Part shown: piece by piece, positions 1 to 10,293 of the stretch | Numbering within the stretch: position 1 is the stretch's first letter | Layout of the letters: each line of letters begins with the position of its first letter | Assembly: GCA_965215015.1 (NCBI GenBank) | Contig: OZ244042.1 | Span: forward strand, 4,192,001-4,256,000 | Length of the DNA: 64,000 bases | Source of the DNA: Candidatus Poribacteria bacterium | Lineage (GTDB): Bacteria > Poribacteria > WGA-4E > PCPOR2b | Direction: 5' to 3' | Translations under genes and position numbers: made by a program | The notes under the pieces: model-generated | Told to the model about the DNA's origin: nothing | Database searches by the model: none | Seen by the model: only the letters and a program-made list of their open reading frames with translations

Positions 1-579
1 AACATCGGTTGGCCCCCAGATGTTTTCGACCCCTTTCAGAATCGCATGGCCTTCCATTTCTCCATCAATGATGCCGCGTGTACTTTCTTTGCCGTGGTGG
101 CCATGATGGTTAATCCACGTTTCGCCCAAAACTTGACGTCCGTACCCGCCATCAAACTCCTCACTGTTGAAACTGTATTTGGCATAGGGGCTTTGTAGAT
201 TCCTAGTATAACTGAAAGCGTGCGTTGCTGTCCGCAAGCCCATAACCGGCTTACCCGAATTGGTATAATCAACAATATATTTCATCTGTTCATCGGGCAA
301 TTCACGGAAGCGGGTGAAAAGCACCATCATGTCCGCAGTTGTGAGATTGTGGAGTCCGGGGATATTGGTTTGTTCCTCTGGATTGATTTCCCCTGTTTCT
401 GTATCAATTGCAAAAAGCACCGTGCATTTGAACCCGTGATGGACGGACAGAATTTTCGCAAGCAGTGGGAGGGCTTCTTCGGAGCGATATTCCTCGTCGC
501 CACTGATGAGCACGATATGTCTTCCTATGCCCGGTCCTTCATTGCCTTCATATACAATCCAATGTTCAGAATTTTCCAT
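1..579 (-). CDS. ThuA-like (class I glutamine amidotransferase-fold) protein, runs off the window start
   Basis: Not in the ORF track. Hand translation from ATG 579 (AGGAG RBS at 586-590) gives MENSEHWIVYEGNEGPGIGRHIVLISGDEEYRSEEALP...GKPVMGLRTATHAF, with family-typical GDEEYRSEE and GLRTATHAF motifs. Confidence 0.75.
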   Translation of the reverse strand, partial: MENSEHWIVYEGNEGPGIGRHIVLISGDEEYRSEEALPLLAKILSVHHGFKCTVLFAIDTETGEINPEEQTNIPGLHNLTTADMMVLFTRFRELPDEQMKYIVDYTNSGKPVMGLRTATHAFSYTRNLQSPYAKYSFNSEEFDGGYGRQVLGETWINHHGHHGKESTRGIIDGEMEGHAILKGVENIWGPTDV

Positions 580-590
580 GTCATTCTCCT

Positions 591-1424
591 CTATGGTGTT
601 CGGTAGAGCTTTGACCCTTTGTCCTCCCTGCGGTAATGAGGTGCAGAGATAACTGCCTTTTGGGATTCGGTCAGTTCATCGTAAAACGGTGGCGGCGTGT
701 AGTTACCCATCAATGATTCCCCCATAACCCCGGAGTTATAGCGGATAATCACTGAACGGCGCTGATGCTTGGCGGCCCACGGCAGCCCACCGTGCATCAG
801 ACACTCGACAAACAGGATGGCATCGCCGGCCTTCGCGGGAATCGAGATGATTCGATCCTGGTATGTGTGATAGAGCCGAATGTCGTCCGGGCATGGAAAG
901 TTCGCCTTGTGACTGCCGGGCAAACAAGCGAAACCACCATCTTCTGGACCCACATCGGTCAACTGAACTGCCATGTTTGTCATCCCACAATACATGCGGC
1001 CATTACGATAAAGGAACCCGCGCGAACGGTCAAACGGTTCGCTGCCTTCGTGGAACCAGAAACCTTCTGCCCCCTCATCCATCGTGATGATGCCGAGCCC
1101 CTCCAGTCGGGGCCCAGGTCCCAACAACTCCTCCAGATACGGCATGAGTCTGGGATGGGCAATCATCTGACGGAACACATCGCAGTGTGGTTTTTCCCAC
1201 GTCAACATGCCCCCCAGATCGCCACGGCCCATCGTGCCTCGCAGCGTTGTGGATCCGTTGGCGAGATCATTTGGACGGATCTGGATGTCATCTGCGTGAT
1301 GATCTACTGCCGCATTCGCCGCTGCCACCTCTTCGTGTGATAGAGCACCCTCTATCACCAAATAACCGTGCACATCGAATAGATACTTTTCTGCGTCTGT
1401 CATTGTCTTTTTCTCTCTTTCCAT
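591..1424 (-). CDS. Phytanoyl-CoA dioxygenase (PhyH) family Fe(II)/2OG enzyme with HxG motif
   Basis: FDVHGYLVI N-terminus, DGGFACLPGSHK, AGDAILF...HGG, RRS motifs; first ligand motif is WFHEG. Confidence 0.85.
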   Translation of the reverse strand: MEREKKTMTDAEKYLFDVHGYLVIEGALSHEEVAAANAAVDHHADDIQIRPNDLANGSTTLRGTMGRGDLGGMLTWEKPHCDVFRQMIAHPRLMPYLEELLGPGPRLEGLGIITMDEGAEGFWFHEGSEPFDRSRGFLYRNGRMYCGMTNMAVQLTDVGPEDGGFACLPGSHKANFPCPDDIRLYHTYQDRIISIPAKAGDAILFVECLMHGGLPWAAKHQRRSVIIRYNSGVMGESLMGNYTPPPFYDELTESQKAVISAPHYRREDKGSKLYRTP

Positions 1425-1508
1425 GTTTTTATTTTAATGCAATCAAATTTTAGAAACTTGCTTTGCCCACCTTTTCGATGCTACTTGGTGGCCGCAGGGA
1501 TTAAGCTG

Positions 1509-2750
1509 CTACGGTCTAATCACCGTGCCATCAGCACGCCGGGCATCGCCCCACAGTTTAGGCCCGCCCACATCTTTGGCGGGGAAACGGGCAGCTAGTT
1601 CTTCGTTTATGTCCACTCCTATCCCGGGTTTGCCGTTGGGCCACATGTAGCCATTGTGTAGTTCAGGTGTTCCGGGGAATACCTCCTTCAAGGTCTCATG
1701 GGTATTCAAGTATACCGAAGCCTCCTGAATCCCGAAATTCCATACATTCATATCTAGCATCAGGTTGGCTGCGTGTCCAACCGGAGAGACATCGGCGGAA
1801 CCGTGCCATGCGGTGCGGACGTTGAATGCTTCGCACAACGCTGCCAACTTCCGCGCCGGTGTTAACCCTCCTATCGTCGAAACGTGGACACGGATGAAAT
1901 CGATCAGCCGGTCCTTAATCATCGGGACAATCTCTTGAGGGTTGCTATACAACTCTCCCATAGCGAGTGGGACGCTGGTTTGTTGGCGTACGAGGCGAAA
2001 ATAGTCGTTGTCTTCCGGCGCAAAAAGGTCTTCTAAGAAAAACGGTCTAAACTGCTCCAGCTCCTTTGCCAAAGCGAGTCCTTGAATAGGTAGCATACGT
2101 TCGTGCAGATCATACAGAATCTCTGGGGTTGGTCCAAAAATTGTACGGAAGTGTTCAAAAGCAGCCCTAACATCCTGAGCGTACGGTACTGGCTCAAAGA
2201 TGCTTACCCTGCTATCAGTAACTTTGTTAGTGATGACAACTGGTTCCTGATGAGGCTTATCCTGCGATGTTGAGGGATGCATCGAACCAAGCTTGAAGTG
2301 GCGAAACCCCCGTTCTTGGAGTTCGTGGATGTGTTCTTCGTACTCCACAAGGTCGCGTCCGGTGGGAATGATATACACCGCCGCAGCCTCTCTAGATTTA
2401 CCCCCGAACAATTCGTACACCGGCATTCCTGCCACCTTGCCCTTGATGTCCCATAGTGCTTGATCAACACCGCTTATGGCGTTGTTGAGAACGGGTCCAT
2501 AACGCCAATAGGCGGACACATTGCATGATTGCCATATATCCTCAATATCCGCAGGATCTTTGCCAACGAGAAAAGGGGTAAGATAATCGTTGACAGCTGC
2601 TGCCACGGCAGTAGGTCTTGAGAAAAATGAAGCACACCCCAAACCGTGCAGTTCAGGCTCGTTGGTCTCCACTTTCACAACGATGAGAGTACGTGCGCCC
2701 GGTGGCTGCGTGATAATCGCTCGAACATTGCGAATCTTCAGGTTGCTCAT
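1509..2750 (-). CDS. Enolase-superfamily dehydratase (RspA/ManD-like)
   Basis: AISGVDQALWDIKGK, DLHER, FLED, MGE, WHG, ADGTVIRP C-terminus. Confidence 0.85.
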   Translation of the reverse strand: MSNLKIRNVRAIITQPPGARTLIVVKVETNEPELHGLGCASFFSRPTAVAAAVNDYLTPFLVGKDPADIEDIWQSCNVSAYWRYGPVLNNAISGVDQALWDIKGKVAGMPVYELFGGKSREAAAVYIIPTGRDLVEYEEHIHELQERGFRHFKLGSMHPSTSQDKPHQEPVVITNKVTDSRVSIFEPVPYAQDVRAAFEHFRTIFGPTPEILYDLHERMLPIQGLALAKELEQFRPFFLEDLFAPEDNDYFRLVRQQTSVPLAMGELYSNPQEIVPMIKDRLIDFIRVHVSTIGGLTPARKLAALCEAFNVRTAWHGSADVSPVGHAANLMLDMNVWNFGIQEASVYLNTHETLKEVFPGTPELHNGYMWPNGKPGIGVDINEELAARFPAKDVGGPKLWGDARRADGTVIRP

Positions 2751-2796
2751 TCTGTACACCTTCTTCTATTAAAAAATGCGTTTAATCCTAACTAAG

Positions 2797-2922
2797 TGAG
2801 GGGGGCCTGGGCCCATCGTAGGGGCTTGGTTTCCAAGCTAGACAGGTTGGCAGCCCTACCCCCTACGCATGGAGAGGAGTTGAGAAGTATACGCATCAAA
2901 ATCTATTTACGAGCACCCCTCA
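2797..2922. mobile_element. Small MITE-like element (TGAGGG end family) with internal GTAG palindrome and 6-bp flanking direct repeat
   Basis: Begins TGAGGGG, ends TTTACGAGCACCCCTCA; ACTAAG at 2791-2796 and 2923-2928; inner CGTAGGGG...CCCCTACG hairpin. Confidence 0.55.
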
Positions 2923-2986
2923 ACTAAGTGGGTAACAACGATTGTTGTTCCGTACTACTCTTTTAATCCGAAGTAGACTTCACCCC

Positions 2987-3880
2987 CTATACACAACCGG
3001 GGAACTCACTGCCACGAATAAGGGGCCAACCGTTGACCGGTTCTGGCCCCACGAGACAGCCCAACTGCTTAATATGTTCAGTCTCCTCCGGTGTACCGAT
3101 ATAACGCGTCTCTGCCGAAACGTAGTGGATAGACCAACCGCGCCTGCGGTAAGGTGTTGTATTGGGACCGCTGCAATGCAATGCCAAGCTGTGATGGAAG
3201 GTAGCATCCCCTGCCTCAAGCGGCACTGACACCTCTTGTGCAAGGACATCTTCCGTCAACATGTAAGGTAGGTGATCCCAGTTGACCAGTCCAAAGTTGT
3301 GGCTGCCCGGAATAAAACGGACACAGCCGTTTTCCACGGTTGCATCGTCCAGCAAAAGCTGACAGGTGACCTGGAAATTGCTCGCAAAAAAGCTCCAGAA
3401 CACAGAATCCTGATGGTAGCGGTTGGCGCGCGCGTAAGGAGGCTTGGCGAACACCTGATCGTAGTAGAGCTTGATGTTTGGTCCCATCAGGTCAGCGATG
3501 ATAGCAACAATCTTCGGTGCCTGGACAAAGGCATCAAAAACAGAGTCATAACGAGAAGGCACGTTCACCTTGTTTATCGCATCGAGTGGATCTTTGATCG
3601 GTGCCTTACGCTGCACTTCGTAATTCTCTTCGCCTTTCGGAAAAACCTGAGTCCCGCGTCGATTGTGCTGCCCTCCATGGGGTATGGATGGTTCCAACGT
3701 CCCCACCTGTTGCGGATTGTGGCGAGAAATATGCCGCTCCGGAAAGTCAGGTGTGCCTCCCAATACAAGGTTGACATAGTGTTCCCGTAAGGCCTCCAGC
3801 TCATCGGGAGAAATTAGGTTCTTGACAAAGATATAACCATCTCGGAAGAACAAGTTTCTTTGTGCTTCGCTGAGTCCCAT
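2987..3880 (-). CDS. Phytanoyl-CoA dioxygenase (PhyH) family protein
   Basis: FFRDGY, YHQD, NGCVRFIPGSH, FHHSLALHCSGPN, RRG motifs. Confidence 0.9.
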   Translation of the reverse strand: MGLSEAQRNLFFRDGYIFVKNLISPDELEALREHYVNLVLGGTPDFPERHISRHNPQQVGTLEPSIPHGGQHNRRGTQVFPKGEENYEVQRKAPIKDPLDAINKVNVPSRYDSVFDAFVQAPKIVAIIADLMGPNIKLYYDQVFAKPPYARANRYHQDSVFWSFFASNFQVTCQLLLDDATVENGCVRFIPGSHNFGLVNWDHLPYMLTEDVLAQEVSVPLEAGDATFHHSLALHCSGPNTTPYRRRGWSIHYVSAETRYIGTPEETEHIKQLGCLVGPEPVNGWPLIRGSEFPGCV

Positions 3881-3972
3881 ATTTATTCCTTCCCTTAAAA
3901 GTTAGTGGAGCGTGCAGCTACATTCCTGTTAATTTCAACGCTATCCCAATTCCATATAAATCTCTCCGAAAC

Positions 3973-4740
3973 TCAACCGACCTCACATAGCTGAACGGCT
4001 GCGCGTAGTCCCTCAATCGGATCGCCTTTCGGTATAAACTCATGACCTACATAGAGTGTATACCCCGTTTCTGCAATGGCTCGCATGATGGGAGGGTAGT
4101 TGATTTCCTGTTCTGCGTCCAAGTCGTGGCGACCGGGATTGCCTGCCGTGTGAAAGTGTCCGATATACTCGATATTATCTTGGATCGTGCGGATAATATC
4201 GCCTTCCATAATCTGCATGTGGTAGATGTCGTAAAGCAGTTTCGCTCTCGGCGAGTTGACACGCTTGCACACCTCTACACCCCACGCCGTGCTATCACAC
4301 TGATAATCGGGGTGATTGACCTTGCTGTTGAGCAATTCCAGGCAGAGATTAATCCCCTTCTCTTCGGCAGCTTTTGTAACGCGACTGAGCCCCTCTGCGA
4401 TAATATCGATGCCTTCTTCATCGGATAAACCTTCATAACGGTTGCCTGAGAAGGTGATGAGACCGGGAATATCATTTGCGGCGGCAAGTTCAATGTTTGC
4501 AAGGAGCTCATCTTCTATCCGATCGTGGTTCTCACGCTTGTTGAGTCCATCGGTCAGCGAGCTATGCCCAACAAAGGTGGCGATATCGAGGTCCAACTCC
4601 TTCACAAGAGGCCAATATTGCGGATCTACCAATTCGACCGCTGCTAAACCGACCTCAGCTGCGCCTCTGATAAATCCTTCAGGCGTCAAATCGCCTTGAA
4701 TGAAACTCCATCCTGTTGCGGATTGCTTAATTCGTGCCAT
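3973..4740 (-). CDS. Hydroxypyruvate isomerase-like TIM-barrel protein
   Basis: LELLNS, LLYDIYHMQIMEGD, GHFHTAGNPGRH, YVGHEF motifs; AAGGAG RBS. Confidence 0.85.
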   Translation of the reverse strand: MARIKQSATGWSFIQGDLTPEGFIRGAAEVGLAAVELVDPQYWPLVKELDLDIATFVGHSSLTDGLNKRENHDRIEDELLANIELAAANDIPGLITFSGNRYEGLSDEEGIDIIAEGLSRVTKAAEEKGINLCLELLNSKVNHPDYQCDSTAWGVEVCKRVNSPRAKLLYDIYHMQIMEGDIIRTIQDNIEYIGHFHTAGNPGRHDLDAEQEINYPPIMRAIAETGYTLYVGHEFIPKGDPIEGLRAAVQLCEVG

Positions 4741-4792
4741 ATTACTCTCCTTTATTCCCACTTCTTATTAAAAATGTGTCAAGCCCAAGGTT

Positions 4793-5644
4793 TCAAGATT
4801 GTTTGAGATAGGGTTGGACGATTTCTCGCTCAATAGCCAACCCCGCCCACTCATCGTCGCCGGGGCCATCATAGATAAGCGTATGCGGCCCAGAGAAACC
4901 GGCGTCCTGCGTCAGATCTAAGCACCGGATATAATCATCTTTGTCCATTTCACCGGGTGCCGGAAAATGAGCTTTGGTGTGGCAAGATTCCGCCCGTGGT
5001 GCGATTGCCTCGAAATCTGCGTACTTGGTTTCGCCTTCCCAGTTGCCAAAATCGAGGCAGAGCCCAACCTCTCCGTCTAAACGATTCAGCAACGTCAATA
5101 CGTTTTCTGGGGTTGAGAGGACGGAAAACCAATTCTCTGTCATCAAGCGGACGCCATTTGCTTCGGCGCGCTCTGCCAATTTTTGTAGTCCATTTCGGCT
5201 CATTTCCAACGCCTCTGCGGAGGGGGCCGCTTTTCCAGCAATCGCGCGAGCACAAGTGGCACCTAGCATCCCCGCAATCTCAATCCACTCACCTATCCAG
5301 ACGAGATCCCGATCTGCATGTTCGGGATGTGTAATATCGCCGTGATCGATTAATACGGAGAACAATTCAACATTTGCCGCCTCCAATGCACCGCGGAGTT
5401 CACTCAGATACCCCTTGTCCAGGCTCAGTATATGGAAGTGGCAGAGCTCTAGAGTGTTGATGCCGAATTCAGCGACGCGGGCGGGGACTTCTAGCAGCGA
5501 GAGCTCACCCCTGTCCTGCCTCGCAACAGGAATTTGCTTTCCATTTTCAGGCCCATAAAAATCGGGACGCCCGAGTTGACGATGTAGGCTCCAGGTCGAG
5601 ACGGACAGCCGAGGGCCTTGATTGGTCACGTTAGCATTTGCCAT
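4793..5644 (-). CDS. Sugar phosphate isomerase/epimerase (xylose-isomerase-like TIM barrel)
   Basis: LMTENW, LCLDFGNW, SCHTK motifs. Confidence 0.75.
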   Translation of the reverse strand: MANANVTNQGPRLSVSTWSLHRQLGRPDFYGPENGKQIPVARQDRGELSLLEVPARVAEFGINTLELCHFHILSLDKGYLSELRGALEAANVELFSVLIDHGDITHPEHADRDLVWIGEWIEIAGMLGATCARAIAGKAAPSAEALEMSRNGLQKLAERAEANGVRLMTENWFSVLSTPENVLTLLNRLDGEVGLCLDFGNWEGETKYADFEAIAPRAESCHTKAHFPAPGEMDKDDYIRCLDLTQDAGFSGPHTLIYDGPGDDEWAGLAIEREIVQPYLKQS

Positions 5645-5670
5645 GGTTATTTCATTTCTCCTAGGGGAAT

Positions 5671-6006
5671 TAGGGTCTATTGACGTTTAATCGTAGCTAG
5701 ATAATCGTGGAGGGGTCACAGCGGCTTGGACCGCCGTAGAGGTTGGGTTTCCCAACCCTTTGCTCACACATTAAAGCCGATTTCGGACCGCTGTCGGTCA
5801 ATTTTCCAAAATCGAAAATAGTGAGAACATCGCGCTATAGAATACCAGACACGATGGGACGATAACCTTGGCTCAATCCGACCGGATTATTGCGCGATAG
5901 GCAGGGTATTTTGTCGAGATATGAATCTTGACCTACACGCCCTATAGGTCGAGCATCTTGCTCAACCTCATGCCAATCCGTATCAGCAAAATGTCAACAC
6001 GCCCTA
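5671..6006. mobile_element. Non-autonomous MITE-like element with 18-bp imperfect terminal inverted repeats
   Basis: TAGGGTCTATTGACGTTT (5671-5688) vs reverse complement of 5989-6006, TAGGGCGTGTTGACATTT (14/18); no internal ORF; contains GTAG palindromes. Confidence 0.55.
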
Positions 6007-6693
6007 GTCAAGCGGTTTTTCAGGTTTGTAAAACAATGTGACATTCTTTCGCGGATATTCTACTTTCCAGCCGTACTGGGTTGCAATCCACGCCATCGTT
6101 TCTTGTTTGTAAAAGCAGACATGTGTGGGCTCACGATGATACCACCAGTTGGCAAAGTCCGTATCTGAATCTAGCATTTCTGTCATGATTCCTAACCACC
6201 CACCGTATCGGAGAAGTTGATCAAACTGATAAAATTCCTTCGCAGGGTGATGGAAATGCTCAACAGTTTCGGTGCAGGTGATAAAATCGTACCTACGCTC
6301 AAACGGGGTGGTATCCGGTGCGAAGTAGGGGTCGTAGATATCCATGAGAAACCCCGCCTCTTCAAGCATCACCGAAAGCGTAGGTCCCGGACCCGATCCG
6401 AAATCGAGTCCCTTTGCCTCCGTCCGTAGTTTGGGCATCAGGTGATCGGTTAGTCTACTCAAAAACTTTCGGTAGCGGCAATCTTCAGGGCTGTTTTCAT
6501 GCAACAGATACCGGGCAAGTTCATCCTCTGGAGACAGATAAAATTCTGATGCCAGGAACGTCAGGTGGCATACGTCGCAACGCCAATAGGTTTGGGTGTC
6601 AACGATAGTAAGTCGCCGAATCGGTTTAGAAAAGCAAAGGGGACAGGCTCCCACATCTACGGAATCAAGTTCGCAAACTGCGTTTTTATCCAC
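6004..6693 (-). CDS. Class I SAM-dependent methyltransferase with N-terminal Cys4 zinc ribbon (start uncertain)
   Basis: CPLC...CDVC; LDFGSGPGP; DFITCTETVEH; PTHVCFY. Confidence 0.85.
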   Translation of the reverse strand: MDKNAVCELDSVDVGACPLCFSKPIRRLTIVDTQTYWRCDVCHLTFLASEFYLSPEDELARYLLHENSPEDCRYRKFLSRLTDHLMPKLRTEAKGLDFGSGPGPTLSVMLEEAGFLMDIYDPYFAPDTTPFERRYDFITCTETVEHFHHPAKEFYQFDQLLRYGGWLGIMTEMLDSDTDFANWWYHREPTHVCFYKQETMAWIATQYGWKVEYPRKNVTLFYKPEKPLD

Positions 6694-7412
6694 GCAATCA
6701 CCTTCTCGACCATTACCGGCGTAAATTCGTCACTGAAAACGTGGTTCGCACCTTCGAGCGTGATGAGTTGTGCCCCCTCGCCGGCTCTGGTCAAAATATC
6801 GTGAGAATCCTCGATCGGCACGACGTCATCTTCGTCGCCGTGGACCAAGAGCCAACGGACGGTGATTTGTGGAGCACGATCCACTACCGTATCAATCTGC
6901 GTCAAGTCATCCATGTAAGCTTGCGAGAGTGGACAATCCGGTTCGTCCCACATGAAGCCGGCGTTGGGGGTAACATCGCCAAATTCACGTTGTGCGAAGG
7001 CTTGGGTGTGTACCATCCCGGCGAGAGAAACTAACAACTTGATTCGATTGTCCTCGCTAGCACTCAGCACCCCGACTGCTCCGCCCATGCTGTGCCCCAC
7101 ATAGCAAATCGTGTATCCTTCCAAAACATCCAACACAGCCCTAAGATCCTCAACCTCTTTGGAGATGGTTGAGTCGATAAATTTACCTTCCGATTCGCCA
7201 TTCCCAGAGAAGGAGAATCGCAACGTAGGAAATCCCGCTGCAGCCAATTCCTCTGCTAATGCCACAATAAAAGGGCGATCTTTGTTTCCGGTTACGCCGT
7301 GTCCGAGAACAACGATGTTTTTGCAACCCCTCTCGCCTTCGTGAAGGGTGTAGTCAAGGCGTTCACCATAGCCGTTTCTAATTTCGCCAAACATAGTTAG
7401 GTATTTCTCCAC
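6657..7412 (-). CDS. Alpha/beta hydrolase
   Basis: HG oxyanion motif, GHSMG nucleophile, HGDEDDVVP, ANH. Confidence 0.9.
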   Translation of the reverse strand: MEKYLTMFGEIRNGYGERLDYTLHEGERGCKNIVVLGHGVTGNKDRPFIVALAEELAAAGFPTLRFSFSGNGESEGKFIDSTISKEVEDLRAVLDVLEGYTICYVGHSMGGAVGVLSASEDNRIKLLVSLAGMVHTQAFAQREFGDVTPNAGFMWDEPDCPLSQAYMDDLTQIDTVVDRAPQITVRWLLVHGDEDDVVPIEDSHDILTRAGEGAQLITLEGANHVFSDEFTPVMVEKVIAWIKTQFANLIP

Positions 7413-7415
7413 AGG

Positions 7416-9104
7416 TCATGAAAGATAAAGCTGCAGGTCTAATTCATCTAGCTTCGCCAGATTCTTTTTCTGCTCGGTGCGACGCTTGGCCTCTACCGAA
7501 TCAGTTTCTAGGGTGCGTTGGCTGATAGTGAGCCGCAAAGGCATCCCCAACAAATCCGCTTCCTTGAATTTGACGCCCGGACTCTCTTGACGGTCATCAT
7601 AGAGGACTTCATAACCCTGTGCACGAAGATCTGCATAGAGTGCCTCAGCCCGTTGACGCACCTCATCCCCTTTGCCGATGTGCATCAGATGGACCTGATA
7701 CGGTGCGACGGCGGGGGGCCAAATAATACCGTCCTTGTCGTGGTTCGCTTCGACAATGCTGGCAAGTAGGCGTCCAATCCCAATGCCGTAACAGCCCATA
7801 AAGAGCAGCTGCGGTCGCCCCTTTTGACTAAGATAAGTCGCGTTCATCGCTTCACTGTACTTTGTTCCCAGTTTAAAGATGTTGCCGACTTCAATTCCGC
7901 GTTTTTCGGTCAATGTTCCCCCACAATGAATACAGGTCATTCCATCTTGCGCCATCGAAATATCGGTGACGACATCCGCCTTAAAATCACGTGGGAAATT
8001 CATGTTTTTCAGATGGTGTCCCGGCTTATTGGCACCGGCGACTAGATTGGTGGTGGATGCGACTGAATCATCGACGACCACTTTGATGCCTTTCACGTCA
8101 ATTGGTGAGGCATAGCCAGCGACCAGACCGTATTGTTGCAGCTCCTTATCAGTTGAGAACCGGAGATCGGTCGCTCCTACAGCCTTCTTGAGTTTTGTTT
8201 CGCTCACTTCAATATCACCGCGAATCGCCGCGAAAATAAGATTTTCGTCCGTTGAATAGAATACCGCCTTGAGCGTTTGTGCTCTTTCGACGCCGAGGTA
8301 ATTTGCAACATCTTCGATTGTCGTTTGGTTGGGTGTCGCAATCTCTTCTATTGATTGAGGCACCCCATTATCCACCTGTGATTTTTGCATCACCGCAACT
8401 TCAGCGTTTGCCCGATAATCACAACTGTTGCAAAAGATAATTTTATCCTCGCCGGAATCCGCAATCAGCATGAACTCATGAGCCTCTGTCCCTCCGATTA
8501 TTCCGGGATCGGATTCTACCGCAATGACCTCAATTCCTGAACGATGAAAAATGTTGAGATATGTCTGATGGACTTGTGCATAGTATCTATCCAGATCTGC
8601 TTCATCGGCGTGGAAGCTATAGGCGTCTTTCATAGCAAATTCACGGACACGAATTAAGCCTGCGCGTGGCCGCGGTTCATCCCGAAATTTCAGCTTAATC
8701 TGATAGAGCATCATTGGTAGCTGCCGATAGGAATTGGTTTGATTCCTGACGAGGTCGGTGACTGCCTCTTCGTGCGTCATCGCGAGCACCAGTTTTCGCC
8801 CAAATCGATCGTCAAATCCAGCCAACTCCTTACCGACAAGCATCTCCCAGCGACCCGTTTCTTGCCATAACCCCGCAGGCTGGACAAGTGGCATATCGAT
8901 TTCCTGTCCCCCGATGAGGTCCATTTCTTCGCGGATGATGTTTTCAATCTTGCGTAAGGCACGTTGAGCGAGCGGCAGATAGCTATACATCCCCACTACG
9001 AGTCGACGAATCATGCCAGCCTGTAACAGCAGTTGATGACTGGAGATTTCCGCCTCTGATGGAATTTCTCTAAGGGTGCGACCGAATAGTTGAGATCTTC
9101 TCAT
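7416..9104 (-). CDS. proS: Proline--tRNA ligase (bacterial type with editing insertion)
   Basis: THEE, KFRDEPRPRAGLIRVREFAMKDAYSF, IEVGNIFKLGTKYS, MGCYGIGIGR. Confidence 0.97.
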   Translation of the reverse strand: MRRSQLFGRTLREIPSEAEISSHQLLLQAGMIRRLVVGMYSYLPLAQRALRKIENIIREEMDLIGGQEIDMPLVQPAGLWQETGRWEMLVGKELAGFDDRFGRKLVLAMTHEEAVTDLVRNQTNSYRQLPMMLYQIKLKFRDEPRPRAGLIRVREFAMKDAYSFHADEADLDRYYAQVHQTYLNIFHRSGIEVIAVESDPGIIGGTEAHEFMLIADSGEDKIIFCNSCDYRANAEVAVMQKSQVDNGVPQSIEEIATPNQTTIEDVANYLGVERAQTLKAVFYSTDENLIFAAIRGDIEVSETKLKKAVGATDLRFSTDKELQQYGLVAGYASPIDVKGIKVVVDDSVASTTNLVAGANKPGHHLKNMNFPRDFKADVVTDISMAQDGMTCIHCGGTLTEKRGIEVGNIFKLGTKYSEAMNATYLSQKGRPQLLFMGCYGIGIGRLLASIVEANHDKDGIIWPPAVAPYQVHLMHIGKGDEVRQRAEALYADLRAQGYEVLYDDRQESPGVKFKEADLLGMPLRLTISQRTLETDSVEAKRRTEQKKNLAKLDELDLQLYLS

Positions 9105-9170
9105 CGTTGTAATACTTTTTCAGTGTGCAATGAATTGGCGTTCAGCGTCTAAATTCCCCAACCTGCCAAC

Positions 9171-10229
9171 TCAATCGGCGATCGACGCTGTAACCATGTC
9201 ACCGATTTGCGTTGTAGTATATCCCATCCGTCCGGCAGCGAGGTCTTTGATTTTTCCACTGGCAAGCAGGTCACTCACCGCTCCGTCAACCAAAGCTGCG
9301 CCTTCCGTTTCACCAAGATGGTCAAGCATCATGCCGGCGGCACTGATCGCTGCGATCGGGTTAATCTGGTTTTTCCCTGTGTATCGCGGAGCAGAACCGT
9401 GAATGGGTTCAAACATAGCGACGCTCTCAGGATTGAGATTGCCTGACGCAGCAATCCCCATTCCGCCTTGAATCATTGCACCAAGGTCTGTGATAATGTC
9501 GCCGAACATGTTGCAGGTCACAATGACATCAAACCATTCCGGATTTTTAACCATCCACATAGTTGTCGCATCGACGAAAGCGTAGTCCGTTTTGATGTCG
9601 GTATATTCAGCACTCACCTCATCGAAAACGCGGCGCCAGAGGTCATGTGCATACGTCAGCACATTTGCCTTATCGCACAAGGTCAGCTGCTTCACTTTAT
9701 TCCGCTTTCGAGTCAGTTCAAAGGCGTAACGGATACAGCGCTCCACCCCTTTGCGCGTATTAATCATCTCCTGAATGGCGACTTCATCAGGGGTTCCGTG
9801 CTTCAAGAATCCACCGATTCCGGCGTATAAGCCTTCCGTGTTCTCCCGAACAATGATAAAGTCAATCTCTTCAGGGCCTTTGTCTTTAATGGGTGTCCAG
9901 ACGCCGGGGTAGAGCTTGACGGGCCGAAGGTTGATATAAAGGTCTAATTCAAAGCGGGTTCGCAATAAAATCCCTTTTTCCAAGATACCCGGTGTCACAT
10001 CGGGATGGCCGATGGCACCCAAAAAGATGGCGTCCGTCCGCCGAAATTCGTCGAGCGCACTGTTTGGCAAGATTTCTCCAGTTTCGAGGTAACGCTCGCC
10101 GCCGAAGTCGTATTCAACGGTTTCGTATTTGAAGCCTGTTTTGTCCGCAGCGGCCCCGAAGACCTTCATTGCTTCATTTGTCACCTCGGGGCCAATCCCA
10201 TCGCCGGGGATGAGGGCAATTGTATACAT
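9171..10229 (-). CDS. leuB: 3-isopropylmalate dehydrogenase
   Basis: [42 protein letters not shown]. Confidence 0.85.
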   Translation of the reverse strand: MYTIALIPGDGIGPEVTNEAMKVFGAAADKTGFKYETVEYDFGGERYLETGEILPNSALDEFRRTDAIFLGAIGHPDVTPGILEKGILLRTRFELDLYINLRPVKLYPGVWTPIKDKGPEEIDFIIVRENTEGLYAGIGGFLKHGTPDEVAIQEMINTRKGVERCIRYAFELTRKRNKVKQLTLCDKANVLTYAHDLWRRVFDEVSAEYTDIKTDYAFVDATTMWMVKNPEWFDVIVTCNMFGDIITDLGAMIQGGMGIAASGNLNPESVAMFEPIHGSAPRYTGKNQINPIAAISAAGMMLDHLGETEGAALVDGAVSDLLASGKIKDLAAGRMGYTTTQIGDMVTASIAD

Positions 10230-10293
10230 CAAATTCCTCCAGAAAATGTGGTTGAACTAAAAGTTGCTTTGAATCTTTCGACTGAGAATTTCG

